DNA of 32,000 bases from Nitrosospira multiformis ATCC 25196 (GCF_000196355.1 NC_007614.1:540001-572000); one strand, 5' to 3'. Positions 10,707 through 22,359 are shown, counted from the first letter of the stretch. Numbers and translations are program-made. Notes: generated by a model not told the origin, from the letters alone.

Positions 10707-13085
10707 ATGAAATTTTCAGAAAACTGGCTGCGTACCTTTGTAAATCCTCCCTTGTCGACGCGTGATCTTGCCCATGCGCTGACGATGGCAGGACTGGAAG
10801 TCGAGAGCGTCGAGCCGGTCGCGCCAGCGTTTCACAAGGTGGTGGTAGCGGAAGTGTTATCGGTGCAGAAACATCCCGATGCGGATCATCTTCAGGTTTG
10901 CAAGGTGAAGACCGGTGCAGCGGGAAATGACGAGCCGCTGCAAATTGTCTGCGGCGCTGCCAATGTTCGGGCCGGTATAAAGGTGCCATGCGCTCTTTCA
11001 GGAGCGCAATTGCCGGGCATGGCCATCAAGCAGACCAGGATACGCGGGGTCGAATCCACGGGAATGTTGTGTTCAGCCAAGGAACTGGGATTGGAGGATG
11101 CTTCGTCCGGCCTGTTGCTGCTTTCGCCCGATGCGCCGGTAGGAACAGATTTTCGGGCATATTACGACCTCGAGGACAACCTTCTCACTCTCAAACTCAC
11201 GCCGAACCGCGGCGATTGCCTGGGATTATCCGGCATAGCGAGAGAAGTGGCGGCAATTACTTCCCAAAATCGCCAATCCGTCGAAATCAAGCCTGTGTCA
11301 GCACAGATTGCCGAAACCCTGGCAATCCATGTGGACGCGGCGACCGCCTGCCCACTCTACTGTGGTCGGGTAGTACGGGGCATTTCTCTTGATGTCGCTA
11401 CCCCGCAATGGATGGTGCAGCGACTGGAACGCAGCGGGTTGCGCGCTATCAACCCTGTGGTGGATGTGACCAATTATGTCATGCTGGAGACTGGCCAGCC
11501 CCTGCATGCTTTTGATTTGGCAAGAATACAGGGGGGTCTTGCCGGTTCCATTCACATCAGGTTCGCCCGCCCGGGGGAAAGTATCGAATTGCTGAACGGC
11601 GAGAATCTTGTGCTGCAACCCGATATGCTGGTGATCGCAGATGATGCCAAGCCCCTGGCGCTGGCGGGCATCATGGGTGGAAATGAAAGCGGGGTCACCT
11701 CAGGGGCGGTCGACTTGTTTCTGGAGAGCGCTTTTTTCAGCCCCGGCGTTATCGCCGGCAAATCCTTCTCGCTCGGCTTCAGCTCGGATTCGGCCTATCG
11801 TTTCGAACGCGGCGTCGATTTTGGCGCCACGCGCGCAGCAATGGAGCGCGCAACTGACCTGATTCTGAATATCTGCGGGGGCAGGGTGGGACCCGTTACT
11901 GAACTCCGTGGAAGCTTGCCAGCGCGGGATCCCATTCGCCTGGGTCTGGAGCGAGTCGGGCGAGTGTTGGGCGTAGAGCTGGATGAAGGTCGGGTAGCGG
12001 AACTGTTGCACCGGCTGCAGTTCGGTTTTTTGAATACAGACGCGGTATTTTACGTGACGCCTCCCACCTATCGGTTCGATCTTGCCATAGAAGAAGACCT
12101 GATCGAGGAGTTGGCGCGTATGTACGGATACAACCGTATTGCTGCGACCATGCCGCGAGCGAAACTCGACATACTTTCTGCGCCCGAGACCCGGCGAACG
12201 CGATCAAGACTGCGACAAATTCTAGTGGCGCGGGATTACCAGGAAGTCATCAATTATGCTTTCGTCGAAACCTCATGGGAAACGGAGTTGGCGGGCAACA
12301 GGACCCCTATCGCGTTGAAAAACCCTTTGTCCAATCAATTGGCGGTGATGCGCAGCAGCCTTTTGGGAGGGCTCATCTCTAATCTTCAGTTCAATCTCAA
12401 CCGCAAACAATCCAGGATTCGCCTGTTTGAAATCGGGGGTTGTTTCCAGAAAGATGGACAGACCTACTCGCAACAGGAAAAGCTGGCAGGACTCTGCTAT
12501 GGGGACGTCGTGGAGGAACAATGGGGTTTGCCTGCCCGTCCCGTCGATTTCTATGATGCAAAAGCCGATATCGAGGCGCTGTTATGGCCAGGGGAGCTTA
12601 GGGTCGCTGCCGCGCGCCATCCAGCCCTGCATCCGGGCAAGTCCGCGGAGATTTCCATAGATGGCCGTATTGGCGGCTTTCTTGGGGAGCTTCACCCCCG
12701 CTGGCAACAGAAGCTGGGGCTGGCTCGATCCGTTGTCCTGTTCGAATTGAACGTGGATGTTCTGCTGGCGCGAACGTTGCCACAGGCTTCAGAAATTTCC
12801 AAATATCCCCCGATCCGGCGCGATATCGCTGTACTCGTGCCGAAGGATGTCAGCGTGCAGGCGATTCTGGACAGCATGCGGAGCGAGAAGTTATCCATCA
12901 TTTCTGAAATTGCGCTCTTTGATGTATACCAGGGGAAAGGGGTGGAAAGCGACAAAAAAAGTCTTGCATTCCGTATGTTATTACAAGATACTGAAAAAAC
13001 TTTAACTGACGCACAAGCTGATCAGGTAGTCGCAAAACTGATAAGTGTTCTTGAAAACAGGTTTGGAGCAAGACTGCGCAGTTGA
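10707..13085 (+). CDS. pheT: Phenylalanyl-tRNA synthetase beta subunit
   Basis: 792 aa MKFSENWLRTFVNPPLS..., EMAP/tRNA-binding and B5 domains, C-terminal anticodon-binding domain. Confidence 0.98.
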   Translation: MKFSENWLRTFVNPPLSTRDLAHALTMAGLEVESVEPVAPAFHKVVVAEVLSVQKHPDADHLQVCKVKTGAAGNDEPLQIVCGAANVRAGIKVPCALSGAQLPGMAIKQTRIRGVESTGMLCSAKELGLEDASSGLLLLSPDAPVGTDFRAYYDLEDNLLTLKLTPNRGDCLGLSGIAREVAAITSQNRQSVEIKPVSAQIAETLAIHVDAATACPLYCGRVVRGISLDVATPQWMVQRLERSGLRAINPVVDVTNYVMLETGQPLHAFDLARIQGGLAGSIHIRFARPGESIELLNGENLVLQPDMLVIADDAKPLALAGIMGGNESGVTSGAVDLFLESAFFSPGVIAGKSFSLGFSSDSAYRFERGVDFGATRAAMERATDLILNICGGRVGPVTELRGSLPARDPIRLGLERVGRVLGVELDEGRVAELLHRLQFGFLNTDAVFYVTPPTYRFDLAIEEDLIEELARMYGYNRIAATMPRAKLDILSAPETRRTRSRLRQILVARDYQEVINYAFVETSWETELAGNRTPIALKNPLSNQLAVMRSSLLGGLISNLQFNLNRKQSRIRLFEIGGCFQKDGQTYSQQEKLAGLCYGDVVEEQWGLPARPVDFYDAKADIEALLWPGELRVAAARHPALHPGKSAEISIDGRIGGFLGELHPRWQQKLGLARSVVLFELNVDVLLARTLPQASEISKYPPIRRDIAVLVPKDVSVQAILDSMRSEKLSIISEIALFDVYQGKGVESDKKSLAFRMLLQDTEKTLTDAQADQVVAKLISVLENRFGARLRS

Positions 13086-13135
13086 CCGGAAGATAGAGCA
13101 CGATGTTTGAGAGTAATAAAAGTGAGAGGGGGACT

Positions 13136-13441
13136 ATGACCTTAACAAAGGCCGAGCTGGCGGATTTGCTCTTTGAAAAAGTCGGTTTCAACAAACGCGA
13201 AGCCAAGGACATGGTGGAGTCTTTTTACGAAGAGGTTCGCATTGCGCTGCAAAATGGCGACGGCGTCAAGCTATCGGGATTCGGTAATTTCCAGTTACGC
13301 GACAAGCCCCAGCGTCCCGGCCGGAATCCCAAAACAGGTGAAGAAATTCCTATCACTGCCCGCAGGGTAGTTACTTTCCATGCAAGCCAGAAACTGAAGG
13401 CGATGGTTGAAAAGAATCAGCATGGCAAAGATAACGCCTGA
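13136..13441 (+). CDS. ihfA: Integration host factor alpha subunit
   Basis: [33 protein letters not shown]...[37 protein letters not shown]; ATG at 13136 with a G-rich RBS preferred over the 13103 ORF start. Confidence 0.95.
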   Translation: MTLTKAELADLLFEKVGFNKREAKDMVESFYEEVRIALQNGDGVKLSGFGNFQLRDKPQRPGRNPKTGEEIPITARRVVTFHASQKLKAMVEKNQHGKDNA

Positions 13442-13787
13442 TACTCCGCTTACCCCTATTCCCGCCAAACGCTATTTCACGATTGGAGAAGTAAGCGAAC
13501 TATGCGGTGTGAAGCCGCATGTATTGCGTTACTGGGAACAGGAGTTTACGCAACTGAAACCAGTCAAGCGCCGGGGCAATCGGCGCTACTATCAACACCA
13601 TGAAGTGCTGCTGATTCGCCGCATTCGGGAGTTGCTCTATGAGCAGGGCTTTACCATCCATGGCGCACGCGCACGTCTGGGACAGGGTTTCGTCAATCCC
13701 CTGCCGGTTGTCACACTTTCCTCATCTATCGATCTCGCGTCGCTACGTAGCGAGATCCAGGATGTACTGGCGTTGCTTCGCTCGTGA
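13422..13787 (+). CDS. MerR-family transcriptional regulator
   Basis: [57 protein letters not shown], a MerR winged HTH; overlaps the ihfA end as in the usual ihfA-merR pair. Confidence 0.9.
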   Translation: MAKITPDTPLTPIPAKRYFTIGEVSELCGVKPHVLRYWEQEFTQLKPVKRRGNRRYYQHHEVLLIRRIRELLYEQGFTIHGARARLGQGFVNPLPVVTLSSSIDLASLRSEIQDVLALLRS

Positions 13788-13913
13788 GAGCTCTCTTTTT
13801 TCAATTACATTGGCTGCAAAAGGTTGTAAAGCACTGGCGGACATCCGCTTGACATTCATTGGGGACTCCGCAGGTTTCTAACCTTTCGGGTTTATTGTTA
13901 TAATTCGCCACGT

Positions 13914-13990
<77 letters not shown>

Positions 13991-14083
13991 GTCAAGCTTA
14001 TCAACAAGTACTGTCATGCGCAGTGGAGGTTGAGCGCATCTATCTCCCCTTTAAGCTGAAACCATCACCTGGGGCATGTTCAA

Positions 14084-14851
14084 ATGCGCATACTGCTCAG
14101 TAATGACGATGGGTATTTTGCGCCGGGTCTCGCTTGTCTTGCAGAAGCGCTTTCCGTCATTGCGGACATCGTAGTCGTCGCCCCGGAGCGCGACCGAAGC
14201 GGCGCCAGCAATTCGCTTACGCTGGACCGGCCTCTCAGTCTTCGTAAATCCCACAACGGTTTCTATTACGTCAATGGCACGCCGACAGATTGCGTGCATC
14301 TGGCGGTTACAGGCATGCTTGACACCTTGCCTGACATGGTCGTATCCGGAATCAACGATGGTGCCAACATGGGGGACGACACCATTTATTCCGGGACGGT
14401 AGCAGCGGCAACTGAAGGCTTTTTACTTGGCGTACCTTCCCTTGCCATTTCACTCGCTGGTTTTTCGGCCGGAAATTTCCCTACTGCCGCCCGTGTCGCG
14501 GCTGAAATAGTGCGTCGCTTTGAAACGGATAAACTTCATGGCCCCGTGCTACTGAATATCAATGTACCTGATATCCCGTACGATGAGTTGCAGGGCCTGG
14601 AGGTCACCCGGCTGGGGCGCCGGCATAAGGCGGAACCGGTAGTAAAGTATAAAACCCCACGAGGTGAGACAGTATATTGGGTGGGTGCGGCAGGGCCCGC
14701 GCAGGATGCCGGGGAGGGAACGGACTTTCTCGCGATTCAGCGCAAGCGTGTATCGGTGACCCCCCTGCAAATCGACCTCACCCGGTATGGGCAGCTGGAC
14801 GCGGTAAAGGAATGGCTGAATAGTCACGCTCTTGGCAGCACGCGGAGCTGA
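14084..14851 (+). CDS. surE: 5'/3'-nucleotidase SurE
   Basis: 255 aa [23 protein letters not shown]...[17 protein letters not shown]; followed by pcm. Confidence 0.97.
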   Translation: MRILLSNDDGYFAPGLACLAEALSVIADIVVVAPERDRSGASNSLTLDRPLSLRKSHNGFYYVNGTPTDCVHLAVTGMLDTLPDMVVSGINDGANMGDDTIYSGTVAAATEGFLLGVPSLAISLAGFSAGNFPTAARVAAEIVRRFETDKLHGPVLLNINVPDIPYDELQGLEVTRLGRRHKAEPVVKYKTPRGETVYWVGAAGPAQDAGEGTDFLAIQRKRVSVTPLQIDLTRYGQLDAVKEWLNSHALGSTRS

Positions 14852-14903
14852 AGGCTGTGTTCAAGGCAGATCGGGATTGAACGTCCGCCATTCCGGAATC
14901 GGC

Positions 14904-15539
14904 ATGACTTCACAGCGGACGCGTGCGCGCATGGTTGAGCGACTGTGCACGCAGGGGGTCACGGATGAAGCAGTGCTCACAGCCATGATTACCGTTCCTC
15001 GTCACATCTTTGTGGAGGAAGTGCTGGCAAGCCGTGCCTACGACGACGTCGCCTTGCCGATCAATTTCGAGCAGACGATTTCGAACCCGTTCACCGTGGC
15101 GAGGATGAGTCAGTTGCTGCGCGCAGGTTCCAATCCGGGCAAGGTGCTTGAGATTGGCACGGGCTCCGGCTATCAGACTGCGATACTGGCGCAGTTCTCC
15201 CGGGAAGTCTATTCGGTCGAGCGTATCGGGCCTCTGCTGACGCGCACTCGCGGGCGGCTAAGAGAGTTACGCATCAACAATGTGCGCCTGAAGCATGCTG
15301 ACGGTCTGCTTGGCCTTTCCGAGGCAGCGCCGTTTGACGGAATCATTCTCACGGCTGCAACGCCGCACATGCCTCCGGCACTACTTGAACAATTAGCCAT
15401 TCGTGGCAGAATGGTATTTCCCAGGGGAACCAGCGAGCAAGTTTTGTGCGTTATCGAACGCAACTTGCAAGGTTATACTGAGACAATACTGGACGAAGTC
15501 AAGTTTGTCCCAATGATACCGGGGATCTGGCAGCGTTAG
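14904..15539 (+). CDS. pcm: Protein-L-isoaspartate O-methyltransferase
   Basis: EIGTGSGYQTAILAQ SAM-binding motif; FVPMIPG C-terminus. The ORF opens at 14832 (overlapping surE); ATG 14904 gives a conventional N-terminus. Start uncertain. Confidence 0.93.
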   Translation: MTSQRTRARMVERLCTQGVTDEAVLTAMITVPRHIFVEEVLASRAYDDVALPINFEQTISNPFTVARMSQLLRAGSNPGKVLEIGTGSGYQTAILAQFSREVYSVERIGPLLTRTRGRLRELRINNVRLKHADGLLGLSEAAPFDGIILTAATPHMPPALLEQLAIRGRMVFPRGTSEQVLCVIERNLQGYTETILDEVKFVPMIPGIWQR

Positions 15540-15578
15540 GAAACCGCAACGATATCGAGCAAGGGAAACGAGACAACA

Positions 15579-16661
15579 ATGAGCGCTACACGAATCAGGG
15601 ATATGAGTCTGAACAGTAATCTTTCCGGTCTGGGCAAAGATCTTCCTCGCACATTTTTCGCGCAGCGGCATATTCTCCCATACTGTCTGTCCCTCGCATT
15701 ATGCTTGCTGATTGCAGGTTGTTCATCCACGCCTCGTCAGGGGCCAATGAGTAACAAGGCCGTGCCGGACCGGCAAAAAAATGGCGTTTCAACCTCCCCT
15801 CAATCCCAGCGGCCTGGCGTGCATATCGTTCGCAGAGGCGACACGCTCTACAGTATTGCGACGAGCAACAATATTAATCCCAGGGAGTTGGCGGCGTGGA
15901 ACAATCTCCCTGATCCAGGAGCAATCCGGATTGGCCAGGAGATCTTTTTATCCCGACCCGAGGGGCCGGTAGCGGCACAACCAACCCTGTTCGCCATTCA
16001 GGAGTCCGCCCCATCTTCGTCCGTAGTAGCGCCAGCATCGCCGGCACAACCCAGACAAGACAGTATGCCGATGCCGGAAGCAAGACAACCGGTCCCGGTG
16101 GGAAAGGTGAAAACAGAACCAAAGGCGTTCAAGTTGCCTTACTCGGAACAGGCCCTTGCGCAGGTGAAAAGCCGGGCGGATGCAGCTCTGCCGGTAACGG
16201 TGGTAAAGGTCGCGCCGGCTGTCGAAAAAACAACGCCTGCCGAAATCAGCACGATTTCCATTCCTCCATCTGAAGCCATCAGAAATAATGCCCAGGGCGA
16301 GTGGGTATGGCCTGCCAAAGGCAGGGTAGCAGACCTTTTTTCGGAAAGCACCAAAGGCATCGATATCGTCGGGATGAGAGGACAAACGGTAGCCGCATCC
16401 GCAGGAGGGAAAGTGGTTTATAGCGGCGAGGGCCTACGCGGATACGGCAAACTGATCATTATCAAACATAGCGACACCTATCTCAGCGCCTATGCGCATA
16501 ACAGCAAGCTCCTTGTGAAGGAAGGGGAGACGGTGATCAAAGGACAGAAAATTGCTGAGATGGGAAGCACGGACGCCGGTCTTGTCAAGCTCCATTTCGA
16601 AATTCGGAAGAATGGCAAACCGGTCGATCCTCTGAAATATTTACCGGGTATTTCCGGATGA
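15579..16661 (+). CDS. nlpD: NlpD-type lipoprotein with LysM and M23 peptidase domains
   Basis: Lipobox LLIAGC, LysM HIVRRGDTLYSIATSNNINPRELAAWN, M23-like C-terminus VVYSGEGLRGYGKLIIIKHSDTYLSAYAHN; immediately upstream of rpoS. Confidence 0.94.
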   Translation: MSATRIRDMSLNSNLSGLGKDLPRTFFAQRHILPYCLSLALCLLIAGCSSTPRQGPMSNKAVPDRQKNGVSTSPQSQRPGVHIVRRGDTLYSIATSNNINPRELAAWNNLPDPGAIRIGQEIFLSRPEGPVAAQPTLFAIQESAPSSSVVAPASPAQPRQDSMPMPEARQPVPVGKVKTEPKAFKLPYSEQALAQVKSRADAALPVTVVKVAPAVEKTTPAEISTISIPPSEAIRNNAQGEWVWPAKGRVADLFSESTKGIDIVGMRGQTVAASAGGKVVYSGEGLRGYGKLIIIKHSDTYLSAYAHNSKLLVKEGETVIKGQKIAEMGSTDAGLVKLHFEIRKNGKPVDPLKYLPGISG

Positions 16662-16676
16662 ATTGAGGATGAGCTC

Positions 16677-17630
16677 ATGATGAACCAGCAAGAATACACT
16701 GACGAAGAAGAACTCTTCGAGAAGGAGGATTCACTGGAGCAGGATGATGAGGCTGCCGACACGCCCTCCAGCGCAATAACGGACACATCCAACGACTTTC
16801 TATTGACCGATGTTACTCAAATCTATTTCAACGAGATTGGCCATAATGCCCTGCTGACCCCGAAGGAAGAAGCGGAACTGACGCGCCGCGTCAGACAGAA
16901 CGATTTTGCCGCACGTCAGAAAATGATTGAGTGTAATTTGCGACTGGTGGTCAATATAGCAAAACATTATACCAACCATGGGGTTGCCTTGCTCGACCTG
17001 ATAGAAGAAGGCAACATGGGGATGATGCACGCTCTTGATAAATTCGATCCGGAACGAGGATTCCGTTTTTCGACCTATGCGACTTGGTGGATACGACAGA
17101 ATATCGAGCGTTGCATCATGAATCAGTCGCGGACTATCCGTCTTCCGGTCCATGTCATCAAGGATTTGAACATCATATTGCAGGCCGCCCGCCACCTTGA
17201 AGCCCATACGGGAAAAGACCCCAAAGCGGAGGATGTGGCTCATCTGCTGGGGCGGACAGTCAAGGAAGTGCAAAGAATGTTGTCTTTGAACCAGAGCATG
17301 ATGTCATTGGACGCGCCGCTCGATGTGGATCCCTTGCTGTCAATCGGTGATGCAATTGCAGATGACCAGAGTCCCGGCCCGGATCTTATGTGGGAGCAGT
17401 CCGAGATAAAAGGTCGCGTACAGGATTGGTTGAACCGGTTAAATGATAAACAGCGCTATATAATCGAGCAGCGCTACGGGCTCAACGGCTATGAAACGCA
17501 AACTCTGGAGCAACTGGCTGCAAGTCTCGATCTTACACGCGAACGCGTGCGCCAGATTCAACTGGAAGCGCTGCAAACCTTGCGCATGATACTGAGGTGC
17601 GAGGGCGTATCGAAGGAGGGAGTATTTTGA
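16677..17630 (+). CDS. rpoS: RNA polymerase sigma factor RpoS
   Basis: 317 aa sigma-70 family; [54 protein letters not shown]; surE-pcm-nlpD-rpoS context. Confidence 0.96.
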   Translation: MMNQQEYTDEEELFEKEDSLEQDDEAADTPSSAITDTSNDFLLTDVTQIYFNEIGHNALLTPKEEAELTRRVRQNDFAARQKMIECNLRLVVNIAKHYTNHGVALLDLIEEGNMGMMHALDKFDPERGFRFSTYATWWIRQNIERCIMNQSRTIRLPVHVIKDLNIILQAARHLEAHTGKDPKAEDVAHLLGRTVKEVQRMLSLNQSMMSLDAPLDVDPLLSIGDAIADDQSPGPDLMWEQSEIKGRVQDWLNRLNDKQRYIIEQRYGLNGYETQTLEQLAASLDLTRERVRQIQLEALQTLRMILRCEGVSKEGVF

Positions 17631-18018
17631 GGAGCCGCTGACCAAATCTTCCATAACGCGCGTTGCGCCTCCGGGGATTTATTCAGGGGCTCCTCAAGTT
17701 TTCAACTTCCTGGAGTTTTCAACCCCCAGGCAATCAACGCGTTTGATCGCTTTGGCGACAAACTTTCTTTTTACAAATCATTTTACCGATCCCGTTCGGC
17801 TTGGACTGGTTTAAACTTTGATTAACGAACTTATGACATTCATACTTGTCTAAAGTGAGGGATATACTTGAGGTTGGGCGAATTCAGCTTCGTCGCCGAC
17901 TATTTACAAGTAAGTAAGGTTAAGGGTAATCCCGCTTTCGAATACGAATCAGAGCCAAGTCCCGCATCGCCTTTTGCGATGAAATTCTCACTTTCCAAGA
18001 TATATCACAATCACTGCC

Positions 18019-18444
18019 ATGTCTGAACCACAATTCTTTGCTCCTGATCCGGGCCTGTGTACAGAAGAAGAGATTTCCTATCTAGTTCATACGTTTTATG
18101 CAACGGCCAGAAAGGATCCGCTGCTCGGTCCGATCTTCGAGGCTCATGTTACTGACTGGGACGCACATTTCGTGCAGATGATCAATTTCTGGTCGATGAA
18201 GCTGCGGGGAACAGGCAGGTTCCGTGGCGCGCCCATGCCCAAGCACGTAGCCCTGCCTGGACTGACGCCGGAATTATTCGAACGGTGGCTTCAACTTTTC
18301 CACCAGACCACGAGCGGGATGGAAAATGCCAATTTACAGTTCAACGCGGATATGCTGGCGCGGCATATCGGCAGCAGGCTTTGGCTAAGGTATCAAATGG
18401 AGCGCTACCCCGACAGGCAGCTGGTGGAGCTCTGCGGCGCGTAG
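18019..18444 (+). CDS. Group III truncated hemoglobin
   Basis: 141 aa: FYATARKDPLLGPIFEAHVTDWDAHFVQMINFWSMKLRGTGRFRGAPMPKHVALPGL, typical of the group III truncated globin family. Confidence 0.88.
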   Translation: MSEPQFFAPDPGLCTEEEISYLVHTFYATARKDPLLGPIFEAHVTDWDAHFVQMINFWSMKLRGTGRFRGAPMPKHVALPGLTPELFERWLQLFHQTTSGMENANLQFNADMLARHIGSRLWLRYQMERYPDRQLVELCGA

Positions 18445-18491
18445 TCCCCACTGCGGGAGCCACTGGCGGGTGGCCGGTCGCCCCAACGAAA

Positions 18492-19754
18492 TCAGAAGTG
18501 ATGGTTGAGTTGAAGGGAAATGATGTGGGCGTTTGTGCTGAATGAGCCGCGTACTACCTGAAGCAATGGGTTCGGGAAGGTGGGGCGCTCGATCTCCGCT
18601 CCTTTGAAGAACACATGTGAATACCCTACGTCGATCGACGTTCGTTCGCCAAGCTTCTGGTTGAGGCCTACCGCTAACCAGAAACGATCGGAATCCGGCA
18701 GACGTACCGATCGATCCCTGGCGTTACGCACGGGGGATTGGTCGTAGGCGAACCCGGCGTGGAGCCGAAGGCGCTCCGTATACTGATATTGCGCGCCAAG
18801 ACCCACGCGGAAACTGTCTTCGAATCCCAGCCGTTCATTTGCGAGAATGGTACCGGAAGCGCGACTCGTGGCGACGATTGCCGGTATGTGACCCCAGCCG
18901 GTCCAGGTCAGGTCTGCAAGCAATCGCAATCGATCGCTCATCATGTGAGAGATTGCCAGGGATGCGGTGTTTGGAAGCTCGAGAGCGACCGAAGCGGGAA
19001 TGACAGTCCCAGGCGCGCTCAGTCGGCCGTCAACTTTCAAATCCACTGTCGATCTGTAAGTGAGCCCCATGCGCGTGGACGGTGAAAACCGGAACATGAC
19101 GCCAAGGTTATAGCCAAAGCCTACATCATCCCCTTTCATCTTTGTTTCCACGTCTACCGGGAGGGGCAGCAGGGATGTTACGGGCACCATGCTGCGCAAA
19201 TCCGCGTCAAACTTCACGATATTCAGACCCGCGCCAATCGAGACATCCTCGCTCAACTGCCAGGCAAAGCTCGGGTTGAAATTAATCGCCAAGATTTCAG
19301 AGAATCTTCCCTGGTAGCGGCCAATAAAGGTCTTGTTCCATTCCGTGGAGTTGCCAAAGGTGGGGGATACCCCCAAGCCGAGGCGGAAGGCAGAACCCAG
19401 CGACATGCTCCAGTAAAAAGCGGGAATGGGCGAGAGGCCTCCGGCCTGGCCGCCATTATCGCCCAGGGGATAGCTGAGGAAAGGACTGCTGCCCGTATTC
19501 TTGAATCTCAAGGACCGGATGAGCAGGTTGCCCGCTCCGGAAACATGATGCCCGGGAGCAAGGTAGGTCATGCCAGCCGGATTGAAATAAATCGTGGATG
19601 CGTCTTGCGCGACAGCCGCGGCGCCTGCATAGGCGTAGCCGTTTCCGGCTCCATTCTGGTTTTGCAAAGCGAATCCTGCTGCGCGGGCGCCATTGGGAGC
19701 GAACAGGATTCCTGTCAACAGCAAAGGCATCAATAGTAATCTGGAAGCTTGCAT
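18492..19754 (-). CDS. OmpP1/FadL-family outer membrane transport protein
   Basis: Signal peptide, mature N-terminus AGFALQNQNGAGNGYAYAGAAAVAQDASTIYFNPAGMTYL typical of OmpP1/FadL; C-terminal aromatic (NHHF). ORF can open at 19790; ATG 19754 gives a compact signal peptide. Confidence 0.92.
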   Translation of the reverse strand: MQASRLLLMPLLLTGILFAPNGARAAGFALQNQNGAGNGYAYAGAAAVAQDASTIYFNPAGMTYLAPGHHVSGAGNLLIRSLRFKNTGSSPFLSYPLGDNGGQAGGLSPIPAFYWSMSLGSAFRLGLGVSPTFGNSTEWNKTFIGRYQGRFSEILAINFNPSFAWQLSEDVSIGAGLNIVKFDADLRSMVPVTSLLPLPVDVETKMKGDDVGFGYNLGVMFRFSPSTRMGLTYRSTVDLKVDGRLSAPGTVIPASVALELPNTASLAISHMMSDRLRLLADLTWTGWGHIPAIVATSRASGTILANERLGFEDSFRVGLGAQYQYTERLRLHAGFAYDQSPVRNARDRSVRLPDSDRFWLAVGLNQKLGERTSIDVGYSHVFFKGAEIERPTFPNPLLQVVRGSFSTNAHIISLQLNHHF

Positions 19755-20302
19755 GATTCGGATTGCTGATTTGAGAAGTTCTGTTTCCACCGGTTATCGA
19801 TGCATATGCTTACAAGCATAGTCGATATTTCGGTTCCTGTTAAAAATCCTGCCCTGACCCTGCCGAAGGAGCACGTCCTGCAGCCTGATGCTTGGGAATT
19901 TAATGAGAGGTTTCATGATTTTAATGAAAGTATCGAAAGCTTCGACACCGTCCCGGGTAAGCGGAGACAGCTTTGGGGAGTAACGGCCATCCGTGGAGTC
20001 ATTGCTGCGCTCGAGCAATTTGTTTCCACACCTCACTTGCAAAAGTGATTTGCTGCGCGGGCAGCGCTGCGTAGGTATTCCTGTTTTCGGATATACTTGC
20101 CCTCATAAATATAATTCTCCCTGCAAGTGCATATGAAATGGAACTGGAAACTCTGGCTCCGTTTTTTATCCGTATCCTCGGCTCTATTTTGCGGGAGATA
20201 TCCAGTATGGCAGGTATCAGGATGCGCTGATCTCTTGTCAAGGTTTCAGAGGAAAGCGCGGCACCGATCAAATTTTTATGTCACCACATGGGAGTGAAAA
20301 CA

Positions 20303-20920
20303 ATGAGCAATCAAAATACCGGTAGCGCCCCGTATGTTCTGCCCCCTTTACCTTATGCGGATAACGCGCTGGACCCCGTCATTTCGGCAAATACGCTTGG
20401 CTTCCACTACGGAAAACATCACAAGACCTATGTCGATAATCTCAACAAGCTGGTTGCAGGTACAGATCTGGCGGATATGTCTCTGGAGGAGATCATCACT
20501 TCCACTGCGGGAAAGGCAGACAAGGCAGGAATTTTCAATAACGCTGCCCAGGTGTGGAACCATACCTTTTACTGGAACAGTTTATCGCCCAAGGGCGGGG
20601 GTGAGCCGCCCGCGTCGCTGAAGCAAAAAATCGAGACCGCTTTCGGCAGCGTGGAGGTTTGCAAAAAGGAACTGGCGACGGCAGCCACAACCCAGTTCGG
20701 CAGCGGATGGGCATGGCTCGTAAACGATGGCGACAGGCTGCAGGTGATAAAGACGGGTAACGCAGATCTCCCGCTCACAAAAGGAATGAAGCCGCTCTTA
20801 ACGATCGATGTCTGGGAACACGCCTACTACCTTGATTACCAGAACCGGCGCCCGGATTATGTCAATGCCGTGCTCGACAAGCTGATCAACTGGGGCTTTG
20901 CCGCTGACAACGATAAATAA
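20303..20920 (+). CDS. sodB: Superoxide dismutase, Fe-type
   Basis: [65 protein letters not shown]; ORF can open at 20288. Confidence 0.95.
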   Translation: MSNQNTGSAPYVLPPLPYADNALDPVISANTLGFHYGKHHKTYVDNLNKLVAGTDLADMSLEEIITSTAGKADKAGIFNNAAQVWNHTFYWNSLSPKGGGEPPASLKQKIETAFGSVEVCKKELATAATTQFGSGWAWLVNDGDRLQVIKTGNADLPLTKGMKPLLTIDVWEHAYYLDYQNRRPDYVNAVLDKLINWGFAADNDK

Positions 20921-20937
20921 TACCGCGACCTGCTGAT

Positions 20938-22149
20938 GTGACGATACCAATTTCAGAACAAATCGAAATCATCAAGCGTGGTTGCAGCGAGCTTTTGCTG
21001 GAAGACGAGCTGGAGCAGAAGCTTGCCCAGAATCGTCCACTCAGAATCAAGGCTGGATTCGATCCTACAGCACCTGACTTGCATCTGGGTCATACCGTTC
21101 TGCTGAATAAAATGCGCCACTTACAGGATTTAGGGCATCACGCCCTATTCCTGATTGGCGACTTCACAGGCATGATCGGCGATCCCAGCGGCAAGAATAC
21201 TACGCGTCCCCCACTTTCCCGCGAGCAGGTAGCCGAGAATGCGAAATCCTATCAGGACCAGGTATTCCGCATACTCAAACCTGAACAGACCGAGGTGGTG
21301 TTCAACTCCGCATGGATGGACAGGCTGAATGCCGCCGATCTGATCAAACTGGCGGCAACTCATACGGTTGCGCGCATGCTGGAACGGGACGATTTTGGCA
21401 AGCGCTACCAGAGCAACAAGCCCATTGCCATTCATGAATTTTTATATCCGTTGATCCAAGGCTATGACTCGGTCGCGCTCCGCGCAGATATCGAACTGGG
21501 AGGCACTGACCAGAAATTCAATTTGCTGATGGGACGGGAGTTGCAGAAACACTTCGGGCAAGCGTCGCAATGCGTCATCACGATGCCGCTTCTCGAAGGA
21601 CTGGACGGCGTCAATAAAATGTCCAAGTCTGCCGGCAACTACATCGGGATCACCGAGAGTCCGGGGAACATGTTCGGCAAATTGATGTCTATTTCCGACG
21701 AATTGATGTGGCGGTATATTGAATTGTTGTCGTTCGAGCCGCTGCGCGTTGTTCGTCAGTGGCAGCAGGATGTAGGGAATGGACGCAATCCTCGCGATAT
21801 CAAGGTCCTGTTTGCGCAGGAGATCGTTACGCGTTTTCATAGCAGGCAGGATGCGGAAGCCGCTCTCGCCGATTTCGAGTCACGCTTCAGGCGGGGAGGT
21901 ATCCCGGATGATTTGCCGGAAAACATACTGCAGGCTGGAAAAGAAGGATTGCCGATCGCGCAGTTGCTCAAACAGACCGGGCTCACCGCCAGCACCACCG
22001 AAGCCTTGCGCATGATCGAGCAAGGTGGTGTAAAATTGAATGGCGAAAAGGTGAGCGACAAAACTTTCAGACTGTCCTGTGGTCAAATGGTGATAGTGCA
22101 GGTGGGCAAGCGGAAGTTTGCCAGAGTAACAATCTGCGAAGAAAAATAA
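20938..22149 (+). CDS. tyrS: Tyrosyl-tRNA synthetase (TyrRS, S4 C-terminal domain)
   Basis: 403 aa; [22 protein letters not shown] motif, C-terminal S4 RNA-binding domain. Confidence 0.97.
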   Translation: MTIPISEQIEIIKRGCSELLLEDELEQKLAQNRPLRIKAGFDPTAPDLHLGHTVLLNKMRHLQDLGHHALFLIGDFTGMIGDPSGKNTTRPPLSREQVAENAKSYQDQVFRILKPEQTEVVFNSAWMDRLNAADLIKLAATHTVARMLERDDFGKRYQSNKPIAIHEFLYPLIQGYDSVALRADIELGGTDQKFNLLMGRELQKHFGQASQCVITMPLLEGLDGVNKMSKSAGNYIGITESPGNMFGKLMSISDELMWRYIELLSFEPLRVVRQWQQDVGNGRNPRDIKVLFAQEIVTRFHSRQDAEAALADFESRFRRGGIPDDLPENILQAGKEGLPIAQLLKQTGLTASTTEALRMIEQGGVKLNGEKVSDKTFRLSCGQMVIVQVGKRKFARVTICEEK

Positions 22150-22165
22150 AAATTATCAAAAAACC

Positions 22166-22193
22166 CTTGACCGGGTATCAGGCGTCTGTATAA
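22166..22193 (+). promoter_or_regulatory. rrn promoter P1 (upstream copy)
   Basis: TTGACC (22166-22171), 16 bp, TATAAT (22188-22193), with AT-rich UP-like sequence upstream. Confidence 0.88.
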
Positions 22194-22359
22194 TGCCGCC
22201 TTTCGCATGATCGAGCAAGGTGATGTAAATCGGATGGCGAGAAAGTAAGCGACAAAACTTTCCGGCTGCCTTGTGGTCATATGGCGATAGTGCAGGTGGG
22301 CAAGCGGAAGTTTGCCAGAGTAAGAATCTCCGAAGAAAAATAAAAATGTATCAAAAACC

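Noticed and set aside
18285-18545. 86-aa ORF overlapping the globin 3' end
   Set aside because: Alternate frame of the globin gene with no own features.
19800-20048. 82-aa plus-strand ORF between the FadL-like gene and sodB
   Set aside because: No clear RBS, signal or known domain; could be real but I cannot support it from sequence alone.
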